DNA of 64,000 bases from an uncultured bacterium (GTDB taxonomy: Bacteria > Patescibacteriota > Minisyncoccia > Phycocordibacterales > GWA1-40-21), in contig CAWCTC010000001.1 in the NCBI GenBank assembly GCA_963798465.1, forward strand, positions 132,315 through 196,314. Reading direction: 5' to 3'. This document shows, piece after piece, positions 9,149-17,898 of the stretch. Both the position numbers and the translations under genes were made by a program. The stretch's first letter is position 1. Every line of letters begins with the position of its first letter. Below the pieces are notes generated by a model. It had not been told where the DNA came from, ran no database searches, and worked only from the letters and a program-made list of their open reading frames with translations.

Positions 9149-10240
9149 TTACTGCGTGACGACTCGCGCTTTGCTCACTCTGTTTATGATTTCCTCGAGA
9201 GTGTTGACACTTGTCGTTATGACTATGGTATTCTGATCGATAATTGAGTAGAGAAAAACAATATTTCCCGAAGAATCTTCAACAACTCTGCAATCCTTGT
9301 TATCAATAGTATAGTCTTGAAATTTTATTGCCGTGCTCAATGATGAGCTTGAATACAAAGCTGAATTATCTGGCAATTCGAATAATTCTTTGAAATTCTG
9401 CCAGAGATCTGTTTCCCAGGAAAGCATTCCTGAAAAAGCCGTATCATAATCGCCCACTTTCAATATCAAAAATCTCTGGTTTCCATTGTAATTGTAAAGA
9501 CCGAACATATACGGATCTTTAAGCGTGAGCTCTATCTGCGAAGGCACGTCTGCTCCGATTAATTGCAAAAATTCGCTTGCGGTCACAAGTTTTTCATTTG
9601 TGCTGGTTCCTTCCGTAAGAAAAATATTTTCAAGCTGTCCAAGCTGTGTCGATGATTCATCGACTCTTTCCTGGAGCGTCGTGCTAAGTCTGTTCTGATT
9701 TATCGTATCTAAATTTATTTCTTCTTCCAAATCCGCAGTTATTATCGGTTGGGAAGAAATTGTTTCAACTGGAACTTTTTTCGGGCCGAATTGCATATTG
9801 ATGAGAAGTTGAGGTATGAAAATAGTAAGTGCACCGCCGAAAACTAGGATCAAACTTATGATTATGATTATTTTATTTATTCCTTGTTTTTTTGTTCCTA
9901 CTTCCGTTTTTCTTTCCTGTCCGATCATCTTTTTGTTCTCGGCGAGAGCCATGTTGATGGAAGATATATGACCGGCTTGAATAGTTTCTTCAACATCGCT
10001 TTTATAAGTCCTGATTATCGGCCGAGTTTGTTTTTTTATTTCGGGAGGAGGAATTTCAGACTCGTCTTTGATTTTTATCAACGGTTCGGCTTTTATTTCT
10101 GGCGTCTGTTCAGGAATGATATTGCTGTTTGTTTTTGGTGCTTCACTCGGATTAATATAAGAATCGAGCTGGCTTTCTATAGCCGCTTTTTCTTTCAATT
10201 GGTCGATTATATTCGGTTCTGCTTTTTTTTCTTCGTCCAT
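9149..10240 (-). CDS. hypothetical single-pass membrane protein
   Basis: 363-aa intact ORF with a central TM segment (IIIIISLILVFGGALTIFIPQLLI). No recognisable domain. Confidence 0.55.
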   Translation of the reverse strand: MDEEKKAEPNIIDQLKEKAAIESQLDSYINPSEAPKTNSNIIPEQTPEIKAEPLIKIKDESEIPPPEIKKQTRPIIRTYKSDVEETIQAGHISSINMALAENKKMIGQERKTEVGTKKQGINKIIIIISLILVFGGALTIFIPQLLINMQFGPKKVPVETISSQPIITADLEEEINLDTINQNRLSTTLQERVDESSTQLGQLENIFLTEGTSTNEKLVTASEFLQLIGADVPSQIELTLKDPYMFGLYNYNGNQRFLILKVGDYDTAFSGMLSWETDLWQNFKELFELPDNSALYSSSSLSTAIKFQDYTIDNKDCRVVEDSSGNIVFLYSIIDQNTIVITTSVNTLEEIINRVSKARVVTQ

Positions 10241-10262
10241 AAAATTTTCTTCAGAAAATTAT

Positions 10263-10400
10263 TTACCCGAGAAAATTTTTGCCAAAGAAAATGTTATTGA
10301 TTAAAGTCCAGTAACATTTAAAATTGGTCTTCTTCTCTTAGTAAGATGATATCATAAATATTGATTTTCAATAACATTGGCAAAAACTTTAGCGGGTTAA
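10263..10400 (-). promoter_or_regulatory. inverted-repeat leader element, copy 2 (upstream of the hypothetical membrane protein)
   Basis: Same arms as copy 1 (TTAACCCGCTAAAGTTTTTGCC ... GGCAAAAATTTTCTCGGGTAA). Here an extra 22-nt palindrome separates the 3' arm from the ATG. Confidence 0.55.
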
Positions 10401-10402
10401 CT

Positions 10403-10448
10403 AAAAAAAGCCGTTTTTGTCTTTTTTTAGACAGAAACGGCTTTTTTT
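10403..10448. terminator. stem-loop terminator after pnp
   Basis: GCCGTTTTTGTCT / AGACAGAAACGGC stem with T-runs on both sides. Confidence 0.7.
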
Positions 10449-10450
10449 GA

Positions 10451-12600
10451 TTAGGCTTTTTTCGGTTCAGTTGGAGGAACTGGAGGATTTTTCTTTTTGA
10501 TGAAGTCTGGATTGGCTGATTTAATTGATAATGCAATCCTTTCTCTTTCATCTACGCCTTTTACAACCACCGGCACTTTGTCGCCGACTTTAAGATAATC
10601 CGCGACATTATCTATTCTAAACGGTGCGATTTCTGAAACATGAACTAAGCCGTCTGTGTCATATCCGATATTTACGAATGCTCCGAAAGCTTCGACTCTG
10701 ACAACTGTTCCCTCGAATTTTTCTCCAGCTTTGTATTCATGAGTCATGCTTTCGACTATGTCTTTGGCTTTTTCAGCAGAACCATTTTTTCCTGTGAGAT
10801 AAACTGTTCCATCATCGTCTATGTCCATTTCCGCACCAGTTTTTTCTTTGATTGCTTTAATTGTTTTTCCTCCTGAGCCGATTACTCCGCCGATTTGATC
10901 AGGTTGAATTTTAACTACCAATATTTTTGGTGCATTCGGCGAAATATCTTTTCTTGTTTCCGAAATCGCAGCTTTAATTACGTCCAAAATTTGCAATCTT
11001 GCCTTTTTTGCTTTTTCAAAAGCTATAGCCAAAACTGGAATTGGAATACCGCTAACTTTTACATCCATTTGAATTGCAGTCACTCCTTCTGTTGTTCCGG
11101 CAACTTTGAAATCCATATCGCCATAATGATCTTCCGGTCCTTGAATATCCGTAAGGACTTTATAAATTCCTTTTCCATCCGACATCAATCCTGAAGCAAT
11201 TCCAGCAACTGGTCTTTTTAATCGGAACTCCTCCATCCATAAGTGCAAGAGTCGAACCACAAACCGAGCCCATCGAAGTTGAACCATTTGAAGACATTGC
11301 TTCTGAAACCAATCTTATCGTGTAAGGAAAAATATTTTTGTTTCGGAATCATCGGGAATAAAGCTTTTTCTGCCAAATCTCCATGGCCGATCATTCTTCT
11401 ATTTGTTCCGCCCATTCTTCCCGTTTCTCCGGTTGAATATGGTGGAAAATTGTAATGGTGCATGAATCTTTTTGCTTCTTCTTTTTCTTCCATTCCTTCA
11501 ATAACTTGCGCGTCTTTCGGTCCGCCAAGTGTTAAAACTGAAAGGATATGCGTTCCTCCTCTGTAAAATATTCCTGAGCCGTGAAGAATGGGTGAAACTC
11601 CGCCGGCTTGTGCAAACAAAGGTCGAAGTTCATCAATTCCTCTGCCGTCTGCTCTTTTATCGAACTTCAAAACTTGTTCATGAATCAATTCATCAAGTTT
11701 TTCTTCAATATATTTGTCGGCGCAAAAGCAAAATCATCTTCAGAAAGAGATTCTTCGGCAATTTTCATCCATTCATCTGATGATTTCATCATTATTTTTT
11801 CATGTCCTGGAATTCCGCTCATGACAGTTTTTTCAAATTTTCCTTCGATTTTATCTGCAAAAAGTTTTTTGACAGTTTCTGGCATTTCTGGGGCTGGAAT
11901 TTCCACTTTTTTAACTCCGATTTTTGTGATTATTTCCTTCTGCCAAGCATTTATTTTTTCGATTTGTTCCGAAGCAAGCTTCAAAGCCATCAACAATCGT
12001 AGATTCTTGCGCTTCTTCTCCGCCGAGTTCAATCATATTTATATTTCCGTCTTTTCCGCAGGCAAGCAAGTCTAATTCATAAGTTTCATTTTCTCTTTCA
12101 ACATAAGTTGGATTTATTTGAAAGCCGTCATTTGCATGTTTGCTGATTCTTATCGCACTGACTGGTCCATGAAAAGGAATATTTGAAACTCCAAGCGCAA
12201 GTGACGCTGCAATAACTCCAAGCGTATCAGGATCATCTTGATCCAAAGAAAGAACCGTCAAAACAACTTGGATTTCATTTCGAATCCATTGATCAAAAAG
12301 CGGGCGGATTGTTCTGTCTGTAATTCTTCCGGATAAAATTGCTTCGTCAGATGGCTTTCCTTCTCTTCTCGTATATCTTGAACCGAGAATTTGTCCTGTT
12401 GCGTAAAATTTTTCCTCGTAATCAACTGTCAAAGGAAAAAAATCCGTATCCTTTTTATTTTTTGACATCACTGCGGTTGCAAGGACTGCTGTTGCGCCGT
12501 ATCTTAAAATAACCGAACCATTGGCATTTTCTACCAAATCATTGAACTCGGCAGTAAGTTTTTTGCCGTTTAGTTCCATCGAAAATTCTTGTTTGTGCAT
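10451..12600 (-). pseudogene. pnp: polynucleotide phosphorylase, reading frame broken by at least 4 single-nt indels
   Basis: Four consecutive ORFs in different frames together give a colinear PNPase: RNase PH domains, [38 protein letters not shown] in a shifted frame, then KH and S1 domains. Shifts lie near 11986-11991, 11720-11730, 11328-11332 and 11215-11219. Confidence 0.8.
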
Positions 12601-12732
12601 TTTTTTAGATTTACCAACAAATTCCAGATTAGAAACAAATGTTCCAAGCTGTTTATTTGTTGGCAAAATAAATTAATAACTAATAATAAAAGAACAGTTT
12701 TATACTAGCATAAAAATTAATTTTTAAAAATA

Positions 12733-12775
12733 AAAAAACAAAGGGCGGCCGCTTCGCGGCCGCCCTTTGTTTTTT
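12733..12775. terminator. GC-rich stem-loop terminator
   Basis: Same 23-nt core GGGCGGCCGCTTCGCGGCCGCCC as at 6879 and 25677. Confidence 0.8.
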
Positions 12776-12782
12776 TATTTTC

Positions 12783-13304
12783 TTATCTTCTATTATTCTG
12801 TCCTATCATATATTTGTAAGGATTTTTATCTAAATCCATGAAATCATCCACTGTTTCAACGAGTTTTCCTGATGTTGATTTGCTGAATGAAACCAATTCA
12901 ACCTGGCAACCTTGCGTTATTTTCAAATATTCAACTAACGGAATGAAATCGCCGTCACCAGTTACCAAAATCACGGCGTCTAGTTTGGGTGAAAGTGAAA
13001 TAGCATCAATTGCCATCGCCACATCCCAGTCCCCTTTTTTTGATCCACCGGCAAAAATCTGCAAATTTTTTGTTTTTGTTGTGATTCCCACTTTTCCCAG
13101 TGCTTCAAAAAAGTTTTTTTCATCTCCTGCTTCTGTGGAAATAACATATGCTGTCGCTCTTATTAAAACTCTTCCATCAAGCGCATCTTTCACCACTTGC
13201 CCAAAATTTACTTTTGCTCCATACAAATTTTTCGCAGAGTGATAAATATTTTGCGTATCTATAAAAATTCCTACTCTTTGTCCTTTATGTTTTATTACTG
13301 ACAT
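12783..13304 (-). CDS. NYN domain (LabA-like) protein
   Basis: GIFIDTQNIYHSAK and VILVTGDGDFIPLVEYLK motifs typical of NYN/LabA nuclease-like proteins. Confidence 0.8.
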   Translation of the reverse strand: MSVIKHKGQRVGIFIDTQNIYHSAKNLYGAKVNFGQVVKDALDGRVLIRATAYVISTEAGDEKNFFEALGKVGITTKTKNLQIFAGGSKKGDWDVAMAIDAISLSPKLDAVILVTGDGDFIPLVEYLKITQGCQVELVSFSKSTSGKLVETVDDFMDLDKNPYKYMIGQNNRR

Positions 13305-13417
13305 ATTAAAATTATATTTATATATTAAATTACGACCAATGTAAATTATATCATGAATTAGTCTTTGCGAGTGAAGCGAAGCAATCCAGTTTCTAGACTG
13401 CCGCGCATTAGCTCGCA

Positions 13418-13491
13418 GTGGAACTAAAATAAGAAAAATAAAAAATACCGCAGTTATGCGGTTTTTTTTATTTTTCTTATTTTAGTTCCAC
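13418..13491. terminator. 74-nt nested hairpin terminator that includes the last codons of rpsO
   Basis: GTGGAACTAAAATAAGAAAAATAAAAAATACCGCAG...GCGGT...GTTCCAC. The stem covers the rpsO stop codon. Confidence 0.7.
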
Positions 13492-13740
13492 CTTCTTCAT
13501 TATAACATCGTATCTTTTTGGTGATGTTTTTTGTAGATACTTGAGGTGTTTTCTTCTGTCGGCAACCATTCCGAGCAATCCTCTTCTCGAGTGATTGTCT
13601 TTTGCATTTTTCTTCAAGTGTTTTGTCAATTCATCGATTCTTTTTGAAAGGATGGCAATCTGAACTTCCGGAGATCCTGTGTCCGTAGCATGTGTCGCAA
13701 CTTCTTTGATTACTTTCGCTTTTTTTGTCTTTGTTAACAT
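13477..13740 (-). CDS. rpsO: 30S ribosomal protein S15
   Basis: 87 aa with GSPEVQIAILSKRI and HSRRGLLGMV motifs. Lies in the usual rpsO-pnp neighbourhood. Confidence 0.95.
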   Translation of the reverse strand: MLTKTKKAKVIKEVATHATDTGSPEVQIAILSKRIDELTKHLKKNAKDNHSRRGLLGMVADRRKHLKYLQKTSPKRYDVIMKKVELK

Positions 13741-13842
13741 GGCTCATAAGATATCATAATAATTAGATTTTTGCAATATTTATATAAAGGACATTATTTT
13801 AACGTGTCGCAAAATATTTTGCGACATGGTAAAATATTATTA

Positions 13843-14796
13843 ATGAAACTTTCTGAACTTAAAAGACAATTTCTTGAATATACAGAAATAGAGCGCGGAC
13901 GTAGCATAAAAACCGTTGTTAATTACAATAGATATATTGATAAATTCATAGAATTTTCTGGAGATATAAGCCCCGAAAACATAAATGAAAATATGTTCCG
14001 TGAATACAGATTGTTTTTGAACAGACAGACGATAAAGCAAAACCGCGGGAAAAATTTATATCAAAGAGACGGACGTTCTGAAACTTTAAAAAAGAAAACC
14101 CAAAATTATTATCTTATCGCACTTCGTGCTTATCTGAAGTTTGCAAATAAAATCGGGATTAAAACGATATCGCCGGAAATAATAGAGCTTGCGAAAGTCG
14201 GTGAAAGATCTCTCGATCTTATTTCAAGAGATGATTTGGAAAAAATTATGAAAGGCCCGGATGTCGCGACTCTAAAAGGCTCGCGGGATAAGGCTATTTT
14301 TGAACTTTTGTTTTCAACCGGATTGCGTGTTTCCGAGCTGTGTTCTCTTCCTCGCGATATTGATTTGGACAGAGATGAATTTTCTGTTCGCGGAAAAGGA
14401 GAAAAAGTTCGTGTTGTTTTTCTTTCACAAGATGCGAAAGATGCTGTGAAAAAATATTTGGATAAAAGAGATGATATGTCCGATGCACTTTTTGTTCAGA
14501 TTGATTCACCGATAAAAAATTCTGAAAAAAAATCGAATGAAATTTCTGGAGCTCTTACTTCCCGATCCGTAGAAAGAATAATAAGATTTTATGCAATTAA
14601 AGCCGGCATTTCTAAGAAAGTTACACCGCATGTTTTAAGACATATTTTTGCCACAGATTTGCTCAGTAATGGTGCGGATTTGCGTTCTGTTCAGGCAATG
14701 CTTGGACATGCAAATATCGCCACGACTCAGATTTATACTCACATTACAGACAAACATCTCAGAGATATTCACAAAAATTTTCATGACAAAAAATAA
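13843..14796 (+). CDS. tyrosine recombinase, XerC/XerD-like
   Basis: SAM-like N-terminal domain. Catalytic residues in GLRVSEL, HVLRHIFAT and GHANIATTQIYTH. Start set at MKLSEL, 7 nt after TGGTAAAAT. Confidence 0.85.
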   Translation: MKLSELKRQFLEYTEIERGRSIKTVVNYNRYIDKFIEFSGDISPENINENMFREYRLFLNRQTIKQNRGKNLYQRDGRSETLKKKTQNYYLIALRAYLKFANKIGIKTISPEIIELAKVGERSLDLISRDDLEKIMKGPDVATLKGSRDKAIFELLFSTGLRVSELCSLPRDIDLDRDEFSVRGKGEKVRVVFLSQDAKDAVKKYLDKRDDMSDALFVQIDSPIKNSEKKSNEISGALTSRSVERIIRFYAIKAGISKKVTPHVLRHIFATDLLSNGADLRSVQAMLGHANIATTQIYTHITDKHLRDIHKNFHDKK

Positions 14797-14849
14797 AATG
14801 CATTAAAAAAGAGCGGCGCCTTTGGCGCCGCTCTTTTTTAATGCATTTT
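14795..14849. terminator. bidirectional GC-rich stem-loop terminator
   Basis: GAGCGGCGCC-TTTG-GCGCCGCTC core inside a longer A/T-rich palindrome. Confidence 0.8.
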
Positions 14850-15219
14850 ATTTATCCTCTTCTTTTTTATGTTCTGGATGTTGATGCATCTTTTTTTCTT
14901 TTTCTCTCGGTCTCTTTTCAACAAAATAATAAATCAGTGCACCGATAATCCAAGTAAAAATAATGACGATAACCCAGATTAATTTCATCTTTTCAGGAGA
15001 ATTTTTAATTGCATCAATAAGCATAACTAGCCAGAATACAAAGACAAATATGCAGAAACAAATCCAGATTAGAGGTATTAAAAGTAAGGGAAAAACAAGC
15101 CATGAAGTATTTGATTGAAATCCGTTATATCCTCCTCGGTAATAATTCATCATATATCCTTGAGCTGAAGCTAATACTGGTAATGCAAACAATGATAAAC
15201 TTGCTATAATTTTTTTCAT
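14848..15219 (-). CDS. small membrane protein with a PLD-nuclease N-terminal-like (PLDc_N) domain
   Basis: Signal-like N-terminus, TM helices, LIDAIKNS...IIGALIYYF motif, basic tail. Confidence 0.55.
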   Translation of the reverse strand: MKKIIASLSLFALPVLASAQGYMMNYYRGGYNGFQSNTSWLVFPLLLIPLIWICFCIFVFVFWLVMLIDAIKNSPEKMKLIWVIVIIFTWIIGALIYYFVEKRPREKEKKMHQHPEHKKEEDK

Positions 15220-15315
15220 AATTTTATAATTTAATTATTTTTTTCGACTTGTTAACAACCAAATTATATCACAAATGTATGCATGTGCGAGTCTTAAAAA
15301 ACATAGTATAATAAT

Positions 15316-16086
15316 ATGACAATGAAATTAATATCTTGGAATGTTAATGGTCTCAGATCCTTATATAAAAAAGGTGCCTTTAGTTCTATCTTTGAAATTG
15401 ATCCGGATATAATTTGTATGCAAGAAACAAAAGCCCATCCAGACCAACTTCCAGATGAAGTTCGCTCTCCTGCTGGTTATCATTCATATTTTGACCATTC
15501 AAAAATTAAAAAGGGATATAGCGGAGTTGCTATTTTTTCAAAAGTTGAGCCAGATAAAGTTGAATATGGCATTGGAATAAAAAAGTTTGATGATGAAGGT
15601 CGTGTTTTGGTGGCTTATTATAAGGCTTTTGTTCTGTTAAATGTTTATTTCCCAAATGGTGGAGGTGGTCCAGACAGACTTGAGTATAAGATGGAATTTT
15701 ACGATGAATTCCTAAAATTTATCGATAAATTGGAAAAAGAAGGCAAAAAAATCGTGTTTTGTGGCGATGTTAATACTGCGCACGCAGAGATTGACTTGTT
15801 TCATCCGAAAGAAAACGCAAACAATACGGGTTTTTTGGAAATGGAAAGAAAATGGATAGATAAAGTTATTGAACATGGATATTTGGACACTTTTAGAACT
15901 TTACATCCGGATAAAATACAATATAGTTGGTGGGATATGAAATCCTACGCTAGAGACAGAGGAATTGGATGGAGAATCGATTATTTTTTTGTTTCAGAAA
16001 ATTTAAAAAATGAAATTAAAAAAGCGGAAATTTTTGACAATATTTTTGGTTCAGATCACTGCCCTATTTTTTTAGAGTTGAATTAA
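15316..16086 (+). CDS. xth: exodeoxyribonuclease III
   Basis: ISWNVNGLR, CMQETK, and SDHCP at the C-terminus. The functional start is probably the second ATG at 15322. Confidence 0.9.
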   Translation: MTMKLISWNVNGLRSLYKKGAFSSIFEIDPDIICMQETKAHPDQLPDEVRSPAGYHSYFDHSKIKKGYSGVAIFSKVEPDKVEYGIGIKKFDDEGRVLVAYYKAFVLLNVYFPNGGGGPDRLEYKMEFYDEFLKFIDKLEKEGKKIVFCGDVNTAHAEIDLFHPKENANNTGFLEMERKWIDKVIEHGYLDTFRTLHPDKIQYSWWDMKSYARDRGIGWRIDYFFVSENLKNEIKKAEIFDNIFGSDHCPIFLELN

Positions 16087-16174
16087 TTCGTAATACATGT
16101 GAGTCAAATTTCTAAAATAAGCTTATTTTAAAGCATATATTTTATGTCTTTTACAATTAAATATTGATGTCAAG

Positions 16175-16183
16175 TTATCCACA
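16175..16183 (+). promoter_or_regulatory. perfect DnaA-box 9-mer TTATCCACA
   Basis: Read directly. Embedded in a 540-nt AT-rich non-coding stretch. Confidence 0.4.
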
Positions 16184-16600
16184 GTTATGTCCTTTACATA
16201 ATTTCTATAGGACATATAATGATATCGGAAAATAGTTTTGATGATATAGACAAGGAATAGTATGCAACTGCTTTCCATGTCCTCCTTTTCATCATAACAA
16301 AAGTATGTTCTTTCAATGAAAGTCTAGCTAACTTTCGAAAAATCAAATAGAAATTGTTTGGTAAAAAGATTATATCTTTCCCATCCTTAAAAATTACATC
16401 ATTTATATATATTATAAAAAGTAATTAAAGGAGTATAAAATTTTTACGAGATATTATCTAATTTGTAGCCGCTCAAAAATATCGCTCAGGTATTTGGAGC
16501 GGTTTTTTATTGGAAAATAAAGAGCGAAGCGACTATATTTCCCTGTATCCTGTAAATACTCGCTGAATTTATGTATTTACAGGGTTATTTCCATACGATA

Positions 16601-16616
16601 TGTTTCGCATGAAACA
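16601..16616. other. parS-like 16-mer TGTTTCGCATGAAACA
   Basis: 14/16 match to the Firmicute parS consensus TGTTTCACGTGAAACA. Lies 9 nt beyond the yraN stop codon. Confidence 0.35.
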
Positions 16617-16624
16617 TTAAACAG

Positions 16625-17029
16625 CTATAATATTACATTTTCTATAATTTCAATCTTTGAAATCAACCGTTTTTTATCAATATAAACCGTAATTACATCA
16701 AATTGCCATTCCGTTTCATCTGAAACGTTTTTTTCCGACAGATATACTTGTATGGTTCTTGCTAATCTCTGTAATTTCCAAGGATGAAGGTTATCTTCCG
16801 GTCTAAAACTATCATTCGTTTCATGCGAAACATTAGTGAGTGTTTCGCATGAAACACTTTTAACCTCGATAAAGTGTAATCTATCTTTGTTTTTAGCTAT
16901 TATATCTATTTCCCCGCATTTTTTTAGATAGTTTCTTTCAATAATTTTAAAACCTCGTTTTTCAATAAATCTGCATGCCAGATCTTCTCCTAAATTACCA
17001 GTTCTTCTTTTATCTGTTATATTTGTCAT
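16625..17029 (-). CDS. yraN: YraN family (UPF0102) endonuclease-like protein
   Basis: GNLGEDLACRFIEKRGFKIIERNY, GEIDIIA, and HFIEVKS motifs. Confidence 0.8.
   Translation of the reverse strand: MTNITDKRRTGNLGEDLACRFIEKRGFKIIERNYLKKCGEIDIIAKNKDRLHFIEVKSVSCETLTNVSHETNDSFRPEDNLHPWKLQRLARTIQVYLSEKNVSDETEWQFDVITVYIDKKRLISKIEIIENVIL
16817..16856. other. two inverted parS-like 16-mers forming a 15-bp perfect hairpin inside yraN
   Basis: CGTTTCATGCGAAACA (16817-16832) and TGTTTCGCATGAAACA (16841-16856). They encode VSCET and VSHET in the protein. Confidence 0.35.
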
Positions 17030-17281
17030 TTAATTATATTAAATATATTAACATAGTTATGTTTCTTATGTAATTTTTTTATTAAAAATTACTTTTTATG
17101 AACATTTCATGTGTAACACATATAAAGTGTTACTAAGAAACACTTTCTATCAGACAAAAGTGATATCTATGTAAATTATCAAATATAGGCTTGTTTATAG
17201 CCATATTTAAGATAAAAGACTTATATCTTTTTAAAGTCATATAATATATTTAAACTGTCTTTAATTAACATATCCCCAGAG

Positions 17282-17290
17282 TTATCCACA
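17282..17290 (+). promoter_or_regulatory. perfect DnaA-box 9-mer TTATCCACA
   Basis: Read directly. The flanking context AGTTATCCACAG is shared with the boxes at 16175 and 5528. Confidence 0.4.
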
Positions 17291-17489
17291 GTTTTACCCA
17301 AAAAGTGTTTATTTTAAAGCCTAAATTTTTGAATATAATTCCATTTTTTATAAATTATGTTGTGATGTGTCTGATAAAAAATTGAGAGTGTCTTTGAAAA
17401 AAATTCAAAAAACTATGGAAATAATTTTTGAAATGCGAACGAAGGGGAACACAATAATTTGTAATTTGGGTCCCACCCCAAATTACAAA

Positions 17490-17679
17490 TACGGAAAACG
17501 CGCCGAGATCGCTTCGCTTATCTTCCATTACATGGACGGTATACCTTTCGTATTTTTTTACATGAGTACATGTTAAAAAATATACTCAAGGTTTTTCGAT
17601 TCCCGGACGCAAGCAAAATTGTTTGCTTGCTCACTCGCACAAATGAAAAACACTCAGAATTCTGAGTGTTTTTCATTTG
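17490..17679 (-). other. tRNA-like trailer module behind tRNA-Gly(GCC)
   Basis: 56-nt perfect palindrome at 17632-17687 that includes the acceptor 3' strand. On the minus strand it is followed by TGCGAGTG, a 9-bp hairpin, CCGGGAATCGAA (complement of the T-arm 3' half), a long A/T hairpin, ATAC, and a TGTAA-loop hairpin. Confidence 0.45.
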
Positions 17680-17750
17680 TGCGAGTGCCGGGAATCGAAC
17701 CCGGGCCCAATCCTTGGCAAGGACTAGTTCTACCATTAAACCACACTCGC
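17680..17750 (-). tRNA. tRNA-Gly (anticodon GCC)
   Basis: Manual cloverleaf: acceptor GCGAGTG/CACTCGC, anticodon loop TTGCCAA, T-arm CCGGG-TTCGATT-CCCGG. No encoded CCA. Confidence 0.9.
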
Positions 17751-17898
17751 ATAAGCCTTATTTGATGTATATTGGAACTAAACGAAGTAATTCTAGCATT
17801 TTCTTTTTTAAAAATCTACCATCTAAATATTCAAAACATATTACATGTTTCGAAATTATGTTGAGTTTCGAATATTTACATGATAGAATTTTGATTCA

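Noticed and set aside
13843-14796. Tyrosine recombinase as the integrase of a tRNA-inserted island, suggested by the tRNA 3'-end direct repeats
   Set aside because: The gene is 3-30 kb from the tRNAs and is not bracketed by att-like repeats. It has the XerC/XerD-type N-terminal domain and sits among housekeeping genes. The direct repeats enclose only about 120-190 nt with no cargo.
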